Shown: piece by piece, positions 24,795 to 33,152 of the stretch
How positions within the stretch are numbered: position 1 is the stretch's first letter
Layout: each line of letters starts with the position of its first letter
NCBI GenBank assembly: GCA_045661345.1
Contig: JAZRFM010000016.1
Location: 3,626 to 67,625, forward strand
DNA from: Lachnospiraceae bacterium
GTDB taxonomy: Bacteria > Bacillota > Clostridia > Lachnospirales > Lachnospiraceae
Direction of reading: 5' to 3'
DNA length: 64,000 bases
Notes under the pieces: model-generated
Database searches by the model: none
What the model saw: only the letters and a program-made list of their open reading frames with translations
Told to the model about the DNA's origin: nothing
Translations under genes and position numbers: made by a program

Positions 24795-27410
24795 TCAACC
24801 CTCCTCCTGCATGGCCAGGAAGAACCGCTCCTTATCCGGGGTGTCCAGAACCCGTACCGGGCGCATATGATCCGGGGTACATTTCATACGATACACGAGG
24901 CGATCCCGGTACAAAAGCTGCGTATCCGGCTGCAGGATCCCGACGGACAGCGGGTTCAGAGAGCCGTCCTCGCGGGCTTTGCGGTAGGAAGGGTTATGAG
25001 CGCACAGGAGTTCATCCGCCTGCTTTGCCAGTGCCGAGCGCGGAATCGCAAGAAGCTGTGTAAGCTTTTCTCCCTCCGGCTCCAGGTAAAGCTCCATTCC
25101 CGACTCCTCCCGGTTTTCCCGGAAACAGTAGTCTGCGATGCAGATCCCAAAATGCTCCTCCAGATTCTCGATCAGCCGGTTCCATTCCGACAGAAGGAGG
25201 ATGCCTTCCGTACCGGGGATGCGTAAGTTCTCATAGGTTCGACCTTCACAGCGAAAAACCGGCGTATTTCTGATCATCTTTTCCACATGGACCACTTCCC
25301 CCAGACGATAGCGATAGAGACCGGCCCGGTTTGTCACGAGGACTTCATAGAAGCTGCCGGGAGACAGCTCCTCAGCCCCGAGAGAGCGGATTTCTCCGTT
25401 CCCGGAGGCGGGAAAGGGGAGAAATTCGTAGTAGTTTTTGTTTTTCAGGAGAATCATCTGTGCAGCATCATCCTTCAATGCTTTTGCCATCAATGCTTCC
25501 GCTCTCATGTAATAACCGCCGTTGAGCGGAATCCCTCCCGTGTATTTTTTCAGCCTTCTCTGATAGATCGCAAATGTTCCGGCGGCACATGCGATAATGG
25601 AATTGCACTGCTTCCAGATCCGCGGTATGATCGGCGTCGAAAAGCCCTCCGAGAAGATGGCTTCCAATTCGTCCACCCGTTCCTTTGCGGGACAAAGCTT
25701 CTTTTCCAATGCATACCCGATCTCCTTCGGGATCTGCGGGATACCGATCCGGAGTCCGCAGCGGAGGTCATGCACCAGATCCTGCCATTTCTGTTCCAGA
25801 TAATGCATCGTTTCCAGCAATTCCCAGACGTAGGGAGAAATCACACACTTTACATCGCTATCCGCCAGTGCGAACAGGAGCTGGAGATGCCGCATGTCAA
25901 ACTGCTTTCGCGGGAACAGGAGCTCCATCGGAGAAGTGAAAAAACCGCCTTTATGCACGACACGGTGCGCATTTTCATGAATGTAATTCTGCAGTGTGGA
26001 GAACATGGCGCCCATTTCCGTACTGCGGATGGCACCATCCGAGAAAATGACATCTCCCTGAATGCCGTCTGCCAGGAAAAAAGTGCTGCCGTCCGAACGG
26101 ATCATTCCCCGAACCGCCTGAACATATTGCATCAGATGCTCTCTTGTATAGGGGATCAGCCGCGGTACGCCGATACTGCCGTAGACCGGGGTGTAGCAGA
26201 TGATTTTATCCGCGCAAAACAGGTCTGTTTCGCCGACCTTTGTCGTCAATTCTATGAGCGGCGCATAGGTATCATAATTCGAGATCGGCACCCGCTCCCG
26301 ATACGCCTCCTCTGTCATAATGTGATCAAACCCGTAAGCCTCCCCCAGGTCTGTCGCGATGTTTCGCTTCAGGATCTGCTGTAACACACGCACCGGGGAG
26401 GTAAGGGAATAACCGCCTTCATTGAGCACGACTGTTTTTGTATGCTCCATGAGCTCTTCCGCCTGCTCCCTGGAAAAGAATTTCCGGTCAGCTTCCAGCG
26501 GCTCCACGCTTTCAAAATAGGGGAGGAAAAGAGTCCTGATTTCTGACCGCTCCTCCTTTGTCATGTCCGGCGCGCTTTCGATCATCTCCGTAATATGCGC
26601 CATATGGTTCCAGAACAGATATTTCATGTTGAAACCGGCATTTGTTCCGATTTGCAGCTGAAAGGCGATGTCCCTGCATGCCTCCACCACGGCAGAGGAC
26701 GGAACAGAACCGAGCTTCTGCATGGTGGAACCGTGATGCATATAGTAAACATAGCCGATCAGCTGGGGGAATACCGCAATTTTCGATGCGTGGGACATGG
26801 CTTCCAGATTAAAAATCACATCCTCATAGATCCGGATGTTTTCCCGGAAGGAAAGGGCGTGTGCCTCCAGAAAATCCCGCCGCAGCACCTGACAGCTGAC
26901 CATCATACAGGACAGTGTCACGAGCTTGGTGAGAGCAGGATCCTCTCTGTCATAGATCTGCAGAGGACGGATCTGATCGAAGCGTACACGGTTATCGAGA
27001 AAGCTCAGAATGTCTTTATCCTCTTCCACACGGACGGAACGGTATTTGCCGATGTCCGCACCGCTTTCATTCATCCCGCTTACGAGATCCGTCAGACAGT
27101 TTTTCGTGAGCCGGTCATCCGAATCCAGAAAGGTGAGATATTTCCCTGTGGAACGCGCCAGGGCATAGTTGCGCGGGCTCGAAGCTGTATGGCAGCCGTT
27201 GTCCAGCTCAAAGACACGGATGTTGTCCCGTCCCGCCGCCAGGGATCTGAGGTTGGAAAGGAGGTCTTTTTCCGTATTGTGTGCGACGATGAGCCATTCC
27301 ACATTGGAGAACCCGATGCTCTGCACTTCCAAAGACTGCAGGGTTTTCTCAAACAATGTCCATTCTGTATTGTGAAAGGGGGTGATGACAGATATCGGAT
27401 ATTCTTTCAT
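24795..27410 (-). CDS. Fusion protein: N-terminal family-2 glycosyltransferase plus C-terminal GH3-family (acyl-acid amido synthetase-like, adenylate-forming) domain
   Basis: GT2 part: ISVITPFHN ... FLDSDDRL. GH3 part: AGLYRYRLGEVVHVEKMIRNTPVFRCEGR matches the GH3 signature GLYRYRLGD.V. Start taken at ATG 27410; a TTG at 27422 that overlaps the upstream stop is an alternative. Confidence 0.75.
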   Translation of the reverse strand: MKEYPISVITPFHNTEWTLFEKTLQSLEVQSIGFSNVEWLIVAHNTEKDLLSNLRSLAAGRDNIRVFELDNGCHTASSPRNYALARSTGKYLTFLDSDDRLTKNCLTDLVSGMNESGADIGKYRSVRVEEDKDILSFLDNRVRFDQIRPLQIYDREDPALTKLVTLSCMMVSCQVLRRDFLEAHALSFRENIRIYEDVIFNLEAMSHASKIAVFPQLIGYVYYMHHGSTMQKLGSVPSSAVVEACRDIAFQLQIGTNAGFNMKYLFWNHMAHITEMIESAPDMTKEERSEIRTLFLPYFESVEPLEADRKFFSREQAEELMEHTKTVVLNEGGYSLTSPVRVLQQILKRNIATDLGEAYGFDHIMTEEAYRERVPISNYDTYAPLIELTTKVGETDLFCADKIICYTPVYGSIGVPRLIPYTREHLMQYVQAVRGMIRSDGSTFFLADGIQGDVIFSDGAIRSTEMGAMFSTLQNYIHENAHRVVHKGGFFTSPMELLFPRKQFDMRHLQLLFALADSDVKCVISPYVWELLETMHYLEQKWQDLVHDLRCGLRIGIPQIPKEIGYALEKKLCPAKERVDELEAIFSEGFSTPIIPRIWKQCNSIIACAAGTFAIYQRRLKKYTGGIPLNGGYYMRAEALMAKALKDDAAQMILLKNKNYYEFLPFPASGNGEIRSLGAEELSPGSFYEVLVTNRAGLYRYRLGEVVHVEKMIRNTPVFRCEGRTYENLRIPGTEGILLLSEWNRLIENLEEHFGICIADYCFRENREESGMELYLEPEGEKLTQLLAIPRSALAKQADELLCAHNPSYRKAREDGSLNPLSVGILQPDTQLLYRDRLVYRMKCTPDHMRPVRVLDTPDKERFFLAMQEEG

Positions 27411-27418
27411 AGGGGAGT

Positions 27419-28045
27419 TCAAGCCCTGGTCTGGGTCAGGGCAGTATCAATCAGGTTTTTTAATTCTACGCGTTCCACGGAGTCCAGCTCGATGTCCGGC
27501 TTTTTTTCCAGATCGATCAGATCCAGGATCACCTTACAGCCGTTCCTTTTCAGCGCCCTTGACAAACGGGGTCTCACATGATCCCAGTTGATCTCAAGCT
27601 CCAGAATCCAGCTGGGAGCGGTTTGAATCAGGCGACGGCGCATAAGAGGAAGGAGACTGTCCGGGATGCGGTTTTGCTGCAAAAAGCGGTAAACAGCGCA
27701 AAGATCGGCATAGTCGACATATTCCGTTTCGATGGCGTCAAATATGGCGCCCACGGTAGCATAACGCCCGTCTGTCAGGTCTGCGATCTCGATGGAACGG
27801 ACATACTCCGGCTTCCAGAACACGACCCTGTCGCTGCCCGCATCGGTTTCATATTGCCTGATGAGCCGGTTCAGCTCTTCCATCGCGAGGGTTCCCAGTT
27901 TCAGCTCGAGAAGCGCAGAAGGGGACAGATCCTGAATCTCCTGCAGGGTCTGATAGCCGGCTTTCCTGAGCAATGCGAAGGTGCGGGAGGAAAGAGCACC
28001 CTTTTTATGCAATTCTTCCAAATAAACAGGTGTCATAAAGAACAT
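27419..28045 (-). CDS. Hypothetical protein with two RNA-polymerase-alpha-CTD-like helix-hairpin-helix segments
   Basis: LSSRTFALLRKAGYQTLQEIQDL and LSRALKRNGCKVILDLIDL. Start chosen at ATG 28045 (28036 is also possible), because the listed 28270 start overlaps the divergent lipoprotein gene. Its stop abuts the start of the GT2-GH3 gene. Confidence 0.6.
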   Translation of the reverse strand: MFFMTPVYLEELHKKGALSSRTFALLRKAGYQTLQEIQDLSPSALLELKLGTLAMEELNRLIRQYETDAGSDRVVFWKPEYVRSIEIADLTDGRYATVGAIFDAIETEYVDYADLCAVYRFLQQNRIPDSLLPLMRRRLIQTAPSWILELEINWDHVRPRLSRALKRNGCKVILDLIDLEKKPDIELDSVERVELKNLIDTALTQTRA

Positions 28046-28187
28046 TATAGCAGATTCCGGGGATATCTGCACAAAAAATGGCAGGATCCTTATTTCTTTG
28101 TTATAATGTGGGGCAGGCAACAGGATGCTTCGGCAGCACAGGCGTTTTACAGATAGAATACAGGACAGGCAGGAATAGGAGAGGAAG

Positions 28188-29792
28188 ATGAGAAAAAGAT
28201 GGAAATGTGCGGCAGCCCTCGGGGCAGCCGCAATACTGATGGGAACGACAGGATGCGGAGATCTGATCAAACAGGTGCTCTCTCAGGCGGATACGGCGCC
28301 GCCTGCCACGGAGGCAGCAGTGTCACAGGAAACGGAAACGCAGACGACTGCGGAGACGGAACAGTCGACGGAGACTGCCGGTGATGTGACAGAGGAGGAT
28401 GCGCTGTATCAGGCGCTCTCGGAATGGCAGTTTATCTTTACCAGCGGTGCCGGCGGCTGGGATACGACTTTTTCCGTGAATCCGGATGGCTCGCTGCAGG
28501 GTGTTTATCATGACTCGGATATGGGAGTAACGGGGCCGGGATATGAAGAGGGCGGCACCCTGTATTACAGTGCGTTTACGGGGCAGCTGACAGGCTATAC
28601 AAAGGTTTCCGAGAATGTGTATGAGGTCGAACTGGGAGACCTGCACTATGAAGACACACCGGGGACAGAGGAGATCAAGGACGGGATGCGGTATGTGTAT
28701 GCGGAAGCTTACGGACTGAACGGTACCGATTCCCTGATCGTATACCTCCCGGGTACGCCGACAGCGGATCTGCCGGAGGCATACATGAGCTGGGTGAATA
28801 TGAACTGGTTCACCTATCTGCCGGATGTATTTGCAGAGGACATCCCTGCGGAGCTGCCCTTCTGCGGATTGTACAACGAGAAGGAAGAGGAAGGGTTCTT
28901 TTCCGAGAGCATGACAGAGAAAAACTCCCGGTTTATCATCAATTCCGTGCATTTCCCCGGGCTTGCGGCGCAGAAGGCGGAGCTCGCTGACGACGGTACT
29001 TATCACTATGAGGACGCGGATCCTGCCGGGATGTATCGTGTGATCAACAAGAGCTTTCAACTGCCGAAGGGATACGGGATTTACGAAAACCAGGAGCGTT
29101 TTGCAAAAGCCTGCATTGAGGAAACAACCGGTCAGACGGATCCGGAGGGACTCTATGTGCTGGGACCCGACTCGGAATACAGTCTGCATGCCAAGACACA
29201 TATCAACGGAAATGAAGCGCTGCAGATTTCCTGGACAGAAGGGGAAAACGAGGATACCATGTACTACGTTGCCTGTGTCTGCGAGGACGGAGCCAAGGGG
29301 TATTCCTACTGCTATGCCGTGGGGTATGATCCGGACGGAGAATTCATGACCGGGGAGATGGCGGACTTTCTTCTGATGTCTCTCTCTGTTTCCGGTTCGC
29401 CGGCTCACCTTTCCTCCGCAGATGAAACAGGGACTGCGCCGGGAAAAAAGATCCTCGCTTATGTGTCCTCCGCCCCCTCCGACAGCACGATTCTCGTGGA
29501 TGAGGTGGAGATGGTGAGTGGCTCTGACACGGAGAAGCTGAAGGAAAACGGGATCGATCCTGACGATGTGACAAACGATTACGCCATCGTGGGTGCGGAC
29601 AAAAAGTATGATGAATATCCGCTTACAGACGGCTGCGTCTTTTACGTACAGTTTCCCGAAAACCCGCTGCGGTCGGATATGGATGCAGCCGGGCTGCGGG
29701 AGCATCTTGGGAAGGGCGGACAGAGCCTGATGAACCTGTATCTGGATCGGGACGGACGCGTGCTCCTCGGCTATGAGCCGTATACGCCGTAA
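28188..29792 (+). CDS. Secreted lipoprotein of unknown function
   Basis: Signal peptide with lipobox MRKRWKCAAALGAAAILMGTTGC, followed by an S/T/E-rich linker. GGAGAGGAAG RBS. Confidence 0.8.
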   Translation: MRKRWKCAAALGAAAILMGTTGCGDLIKQVLSQADTAPPATEAAVSQETETQTTAETEQSTETAGDVTEEDALYQALSEWQFIFTSGAGGWDTTFSVNPDGSLQGVYHDSDMGVTGPGYEEGGTLYYSAFTGQLTGYTKVSENVYEVELGDLHYEDTPGTEEIKDGMRYVYAEAYGLNGTDSLIVYLPGTPTADLPEAYMSWVNMNWFTYLPDVFAEDIPAELPFCGLYNEKEEEGFFSESMTEKNSRFIINSVHFPGLAAQKAELADDGTYHYEDADPAGMYRVINKSFQLPKGYGIYENQERFAKACIEETTGQTDPEGLYVLGPDSEYSLHAKTHINGNEALQISWTEGENEDTMYYVACVCEDGAKGYSYCYAVGYDPDGEFMTGEMADFLLMSLSVSGSPAHLSSADETGTAPGKKILAYVSSAPSDSTILVDEVEMVSGSDTEKLKENGIDPDDVTNDYAIVGADKKYDEYPLTDGCVFYVQFPENPLRSDMDAAGLREHLGKGGQSLMNLYLDRDGRVLLGYEPYTP

Positions 29793-29854
29793 AAGGAAGC
29801 TCCCGCCTGTGCAAGTCCATACCGGCGGACCTGGCGCCGGATTTGTAAGGATGA

Positions 29855-29895
29855 TAAAAAGTGCCATGCGCAGACGCCGCATGGCACTTCTTTTA
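29855..29895. terminator. Bidirectional rho-independent terminator between the convergent lipoprotein and glnA genes
   Basis: ataaaa-AGTGCCATGCG-cagacgc-CGCATGGCACT-tctttt: an 11-bp stem flanked by an A-run and a T-run. Confidence 0.8.
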
Positions 29896-29908
29896 CAAAG
29901 ACCTCTTC

Positions 29909-31339
29909 TTATAAATCGTAATACATGGCAAATTCCGCCGGATGGGGGATCTGCGCAATTGCCTCCGCATCGCAGCGGATTTTTGCCGTCAGCTGATCCA
30001 GCAGGCGCTGCGGGAAGACATTGCCGGCGGTGAGATAGTCGTGATCCGCCACCAACGCATCCACTGCTTCCGTCAGGTTCTTCGGCAGACCGGAAAGCTT
30101 TGCTTTTTCCTCCTCCGGGAGATCGTAGAGATTGAAGTCGTAAGGACCCCAGCCCGCCTTGTGCGGGTCGATCTTCTTTTGGATCCCGTCCAGACCAGCC
30201 ATGAGAATGGCGGAATAAGCATAATAGGGATTACAGGTGGCATCCGGATTCCGAAGCTCGAAGCGCTTGGTTTCCGGTGTCTTGGCGTATGCGGGGATCC
30301 GTACCACCGCGCTCCGGTTCGCCATGGCATAGCCGATGGTGACCGGTGCTTCAAATCCGGGCACCAGACGCTTGTAAGAGTTGGTGGAGGGATTTGTAAT
30401 CGCGCAGAGCGACCGCGCATGGGTCAGCAGTCCGCCGATAAAATAGAGTGCGGTATCGGAAAGCTGGGCATAGTTGTCGGGGTCGTAGAACACGGGCTTG
30501 CCGTCACGCAACAGGAGCATATGGACATGCATACCGCTGCCGGCTTCTCCCGCAAGAGGCTTCGGCATAAAGGTTGCGGTGCAGCCGTCCAGCATGGCCT
30601 CGTTTTTGATGACATACTTGGCGCTCATGGTGTCGTCCGCAAGCTTCAGCATGTCATCGAGCTCCACCTCGATCTCCATCTGTCCGCAGCCGCCGACCTC
30701 ATGATGATGGTATTTGACCTTGATACCCCAGTCGTCCATGGCAAGGCACATCCGGCTCCGCAGGTCGTTTCGGATGTCAAGGGGCATCGCCGTATGATAT
30801 CCCTTTCCGTGGGGGATCTGGTAGCCGTTGTTATTGTCCTCGAGGCCTCCGGCCCAGGGCGCCTGCCGTGTCTCTATGAGTGAAGAGACGTTGCCGGGAC
30901 TGATGTCGAAGGATACGTTGTCAAACAGATAAAACTCATACTCCGGTCCGATCAGCATCCGGTCCGCGATGCCCTGCTCCTTCATATATTCCAGAGCGCG
31001 GATGGCGACGTTTCTCGGGTACTGGTCAAAGGGACGGTTTTCCGGCAGGTCGATGACCCGCACGTCTCCGATCATGGAGAGCGTCGGGATATCGGCATAG
31101 GTGTCCACCACCGCCGAATCCAGCACCGGAACGAAAACCATATCGCTGTTTTCCACGGGTGCGTAACCGTAATTCGAACCGTCAAAGCCGATGCCGTTTG
31201 TCATGGTGCTTTCCGTGAGCCTTTCCGCCGGAATACTGAGATGCCGCCAGCGTCCGTCAATATCGGTCAGCTTGAAATCAACGATCCGGATCTTTTTCTC
31301 CCGGATCAGATCCCGGATCTCCTGTAATGTTCGTGACAT
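29909..31339 (-). CDS. glnA: Glutamine synthetase, type I
   Basis: 476 aa. IRIVDFKLTDIDGRWRH, GPEYEFYLFD, MPKPLAGEAGSGMHVHM and NPSTNSYKRLVPGFEAP are GS signatures. Confidence 0.9.
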   Translation of the reverse strand: MSRTLQEIRDLIREKKIRIVDFKLTDIDGRWRHLSIPAERLTESTMTNGIGFDGSNYGYAPVENSDMVFVPVLDSAVVDTYADIPTLSMIGDVRVIDLPENRPFDQYPRNVAIRALEYMKEQGIADRMLIGPEYEFYLFDNVSFDISPGNVSSLIETRQAPWAGGLEDNNNGYQIPHGKGYHTAMPLDIRNDLRSRMCLAMDDWGIKVKYHHHEVGGCGQMEIEVELDDMLKLADDTMSAKYVIKNEAMLDGCTATFMPKPLAGEAGSGMHVHMLLLRDGKPVFYDPDNYAQLSDTALYFIGGLLTHARSLCAITNPSTNSYKRLVPGFEAPVTIGYAMANRSAVVRIPAYAKTPETKRFELRNPDATCNPYYAYSAILMAGLDGIQKKIDPHKAGWGPYDFNLYDLPEEEKAKLSGLPKNLTEAVDALVADHDYLTAGNVFPQRLLDQLTAKIRCDAEAIAQIPHPAEFAMYYDL

Positions 31340-31384
31340 GTATGTGTTCTCCCCTCGTAATAAAATCGTGCTTTAATTATTGCC

Positions 31385-32104
31385 TTATGCCAGCTTCAGC
31401 GCTACCTTCATCATGTTGGTAAAGGTGAGCTGCCGTTCTTCCGCGGTGGTCTGTTCCCCGGTGAATTCCGAATCGGAGATGGTCAGGATGCAGAGCGCAT
31501 TCGCGCCGGCCGCCGCTGCATTGGAATAAAGCGCAGCTGCTTCCATCTCAACGGCCAGCAGACCCATATCCGTCCAGGACTTGCTGGAACCGTCAGAACC
31601 CGCTTCATCCGAATAGAACATATCGGAGGAAAGGATATTGCCGACATGATAGGAAATCCCCAGTTCATCCGCAGCGGCCGTGGCCTTCCGCAGGAGCTCG
31701 TAGCTGCAGATGCAGGAATAGTCGCCGGGAAGCCGGAACAGTCTGACATAGTTTGACGTGGTGCAGGCGCCCATGCCGAAGACCATGTCCCGGATATGGA
31801 TATCCGGAGAAAGAGCACCCGCCGTGCCGATACGGATCAGGTTTTTGCAGCCGTAAAAATGCATCAGCTCATAGGAATAAATACCGATGGAAGGACATCC
31901 CATGCCGGTACCCATGACGGAGACCGGTTTTCCTTCATAAGTGCCGGTGAACCCGAGCATGTTGCGGGTTTCGTTGAACTGCTTCACATCCGAAAGAAAT
32001 GTATCTGCGATGAATTTGGCACGCAGCGGATCTCCCGGTAGCAGTATGGTCTCGGCGATCTCGCCTTCTTTTGCGCTGATGTGCGGTGTAGGTACTTGAC
32101 TCAT
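31385..32104 (-). CDS. deoD: Purine nucleoside phosphorylase, DeoD type
   Basis: ATG at 32104 with a GAGGGAGG RBS. TPHISAKEGEIAETILLPGDPLRAKFIADTFL, GTGMGCPSIGIYSYEL, VEMEAAAL. Confidence 0.9.
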   Translation of the reverse strand: MSQVPTPHISAKEGEIAETILLPGDPLRAKFIADTFLSDVKQFNETRNMLGFTGTYEGKPVSVMGTGMGCPSIGIYSYELMHFYGCKNLIRIGTAGALSPDIHIRDMVFGMGACTTSNYVRLFRLPGDYSCICSYELLRKATAAADELGISYHVGNILSSDMFYSDEAGSDGSSKSWTDMGLLAVEMEAAALYSNAAAAGANALCILTISDSEFTGEQTTAEERQLTFTNMMKVALKLA

Positions 32105-32134
32105 ATGAAACCTCCCTCTCATTTTGATTTGTGG

Positions 32135-32161
32135 GACCGGTGTGACCGGTGTGACACCGGT
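32135..32161. promoter_or_regulatory. Tandem GACCGGTGT repeats that overlap a 17-bp perfect palindrome, ACCGGTGT-G-ACACCGGT. Candidate operator between divergent deoD and yitT-family genes.
   Basis: Repeats at 32135-32143 and 32144-32152. Palindrome at 32145-32161. A further CCGGTGT lies at 32204-32210. Confidence 0.4.
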
Positions 32162-32214
32162 TTCTGCCCCGTTGCAGGTTAACAGGATTAGTATACCATA
32201 AATCCGGTGTTCTA

Positions 32215-32223
32215 TGATATAAT
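32215..32223 (+). promoter_or_regulatory. Extended -10 element (TGaTATAAT) for the YitT-family gene
   Basis: tatgatataatg. TG at 32215-32216 and TATAAT at 32218-32223. Confidence 0.5.
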
Positions 32224-32283
32224 GTTCTGTGAGAAATGAAGATACTTTCCATGATCCTGATCGAAGGAGAAGGAAGAAGATAC

Positions 32284-33129
32284 ATGAGTGAAAAAGCAAA
32301 AAGCAATATCATTTCCTTTCTTTCTTTAACGGCGGGTGCGATTCTCGCCGCATTTTCCCTGGAGGAATTCCTGGTGCCCTGCAAGATCTTTGACGGCGGG
32401 ATCACCGGTGTCAGCATGATTTTATCGCATTTCACCCATATCCAGCTGGCTGTGCTGCTGATCGTGATCAATATTCCCTTTTTTATCATCGGATGGCAAA
32501 AGATCGGCCATGTTTTTGTCCTCAAGGCGATCTATGCGATCACCCTGTTTTCCATTATGTCGGCGGTTTTTGAGCCGATGGAGGATGTTACTTACCAGAT
32601 GCTCCTCGCCGTGACCTTCGGCGGCGTCCTTCTCGGGATCGGGGTCGGCCTTGTGATCCGGGGCGGCGGCGTGCTGGACGGGACAGAGATCGTGGCGATT
32701 CTGATCAACCGGAAATGGGGGATCTCCGTCGGGAAGGTCATTCTGTTTTTCAATGCCATCATCTATTCCGTTGCGGGGATTGCATTCGGTATCAACCAGG
32801 GAATGTATTCTTTCCTCATGTATATTGTGACGAGCCGCATCATTGACATGGTCGAGGTGGGCCTGGACAGCGCCAAGTCTGTCATGATCGTCACGGATGA
32901 CGGCAGGGAGCTGGCGGATCAGATCCTGAAACGCCTCGGACGGACGGTCACCTTTATGGAGGGCACCGGTCATGTCAGCAAAGACTCCAAAGACGTGCTC
33001 TACTGCGTGATCACGAGAGCGGAGATCTTCGAATTCAGACGGATCATCGCAGAATCCAGGGGAAGCACCTTTACTACCGTATCCGATGTCTCCGAGGTGA
33101 TCGGCAACCACATCAAGTCCAAGGGATGA
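32284..33129 (+). CDS. YitT-family membrane protein (DUF2179-containing)
   Basis: MSEKAKSN start after a GAAGGAGAAGGAAG RBS. Multi-TM N-terminal part (FLVPCKIFDGGITGVSMIL) plus a soluble C-terminal domain. Confidence 0.8.
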   Translation: MSEKAKSNIISFLSLTAGAILAAFSLEEFLVPCKIFDGGITGVSMILSHFTHIQLAVLLIVINIPFFIIGWQKIGHVFVLKAIYAITLFSIMSAVFEPMEDVTYQMLLAVTFGGVLLGIGVGLVIRGGGVLDGTEIVAILINRKWGISVGKVILFFNAIIYSVAGIAFGINQGMYSFLMYIVTSRIIDMVEVGLDSAKSVMIVTDDGRELADQILKRLGRTVTFMEGTGHVSKDSKDVLYCVITRAEIFEFRRIIAESRGSTFTTVSDVSEVIGNHIKSKG

Positions 33130-33152
33130 GAGCTTTCTGCAGGGGAGGGCCT

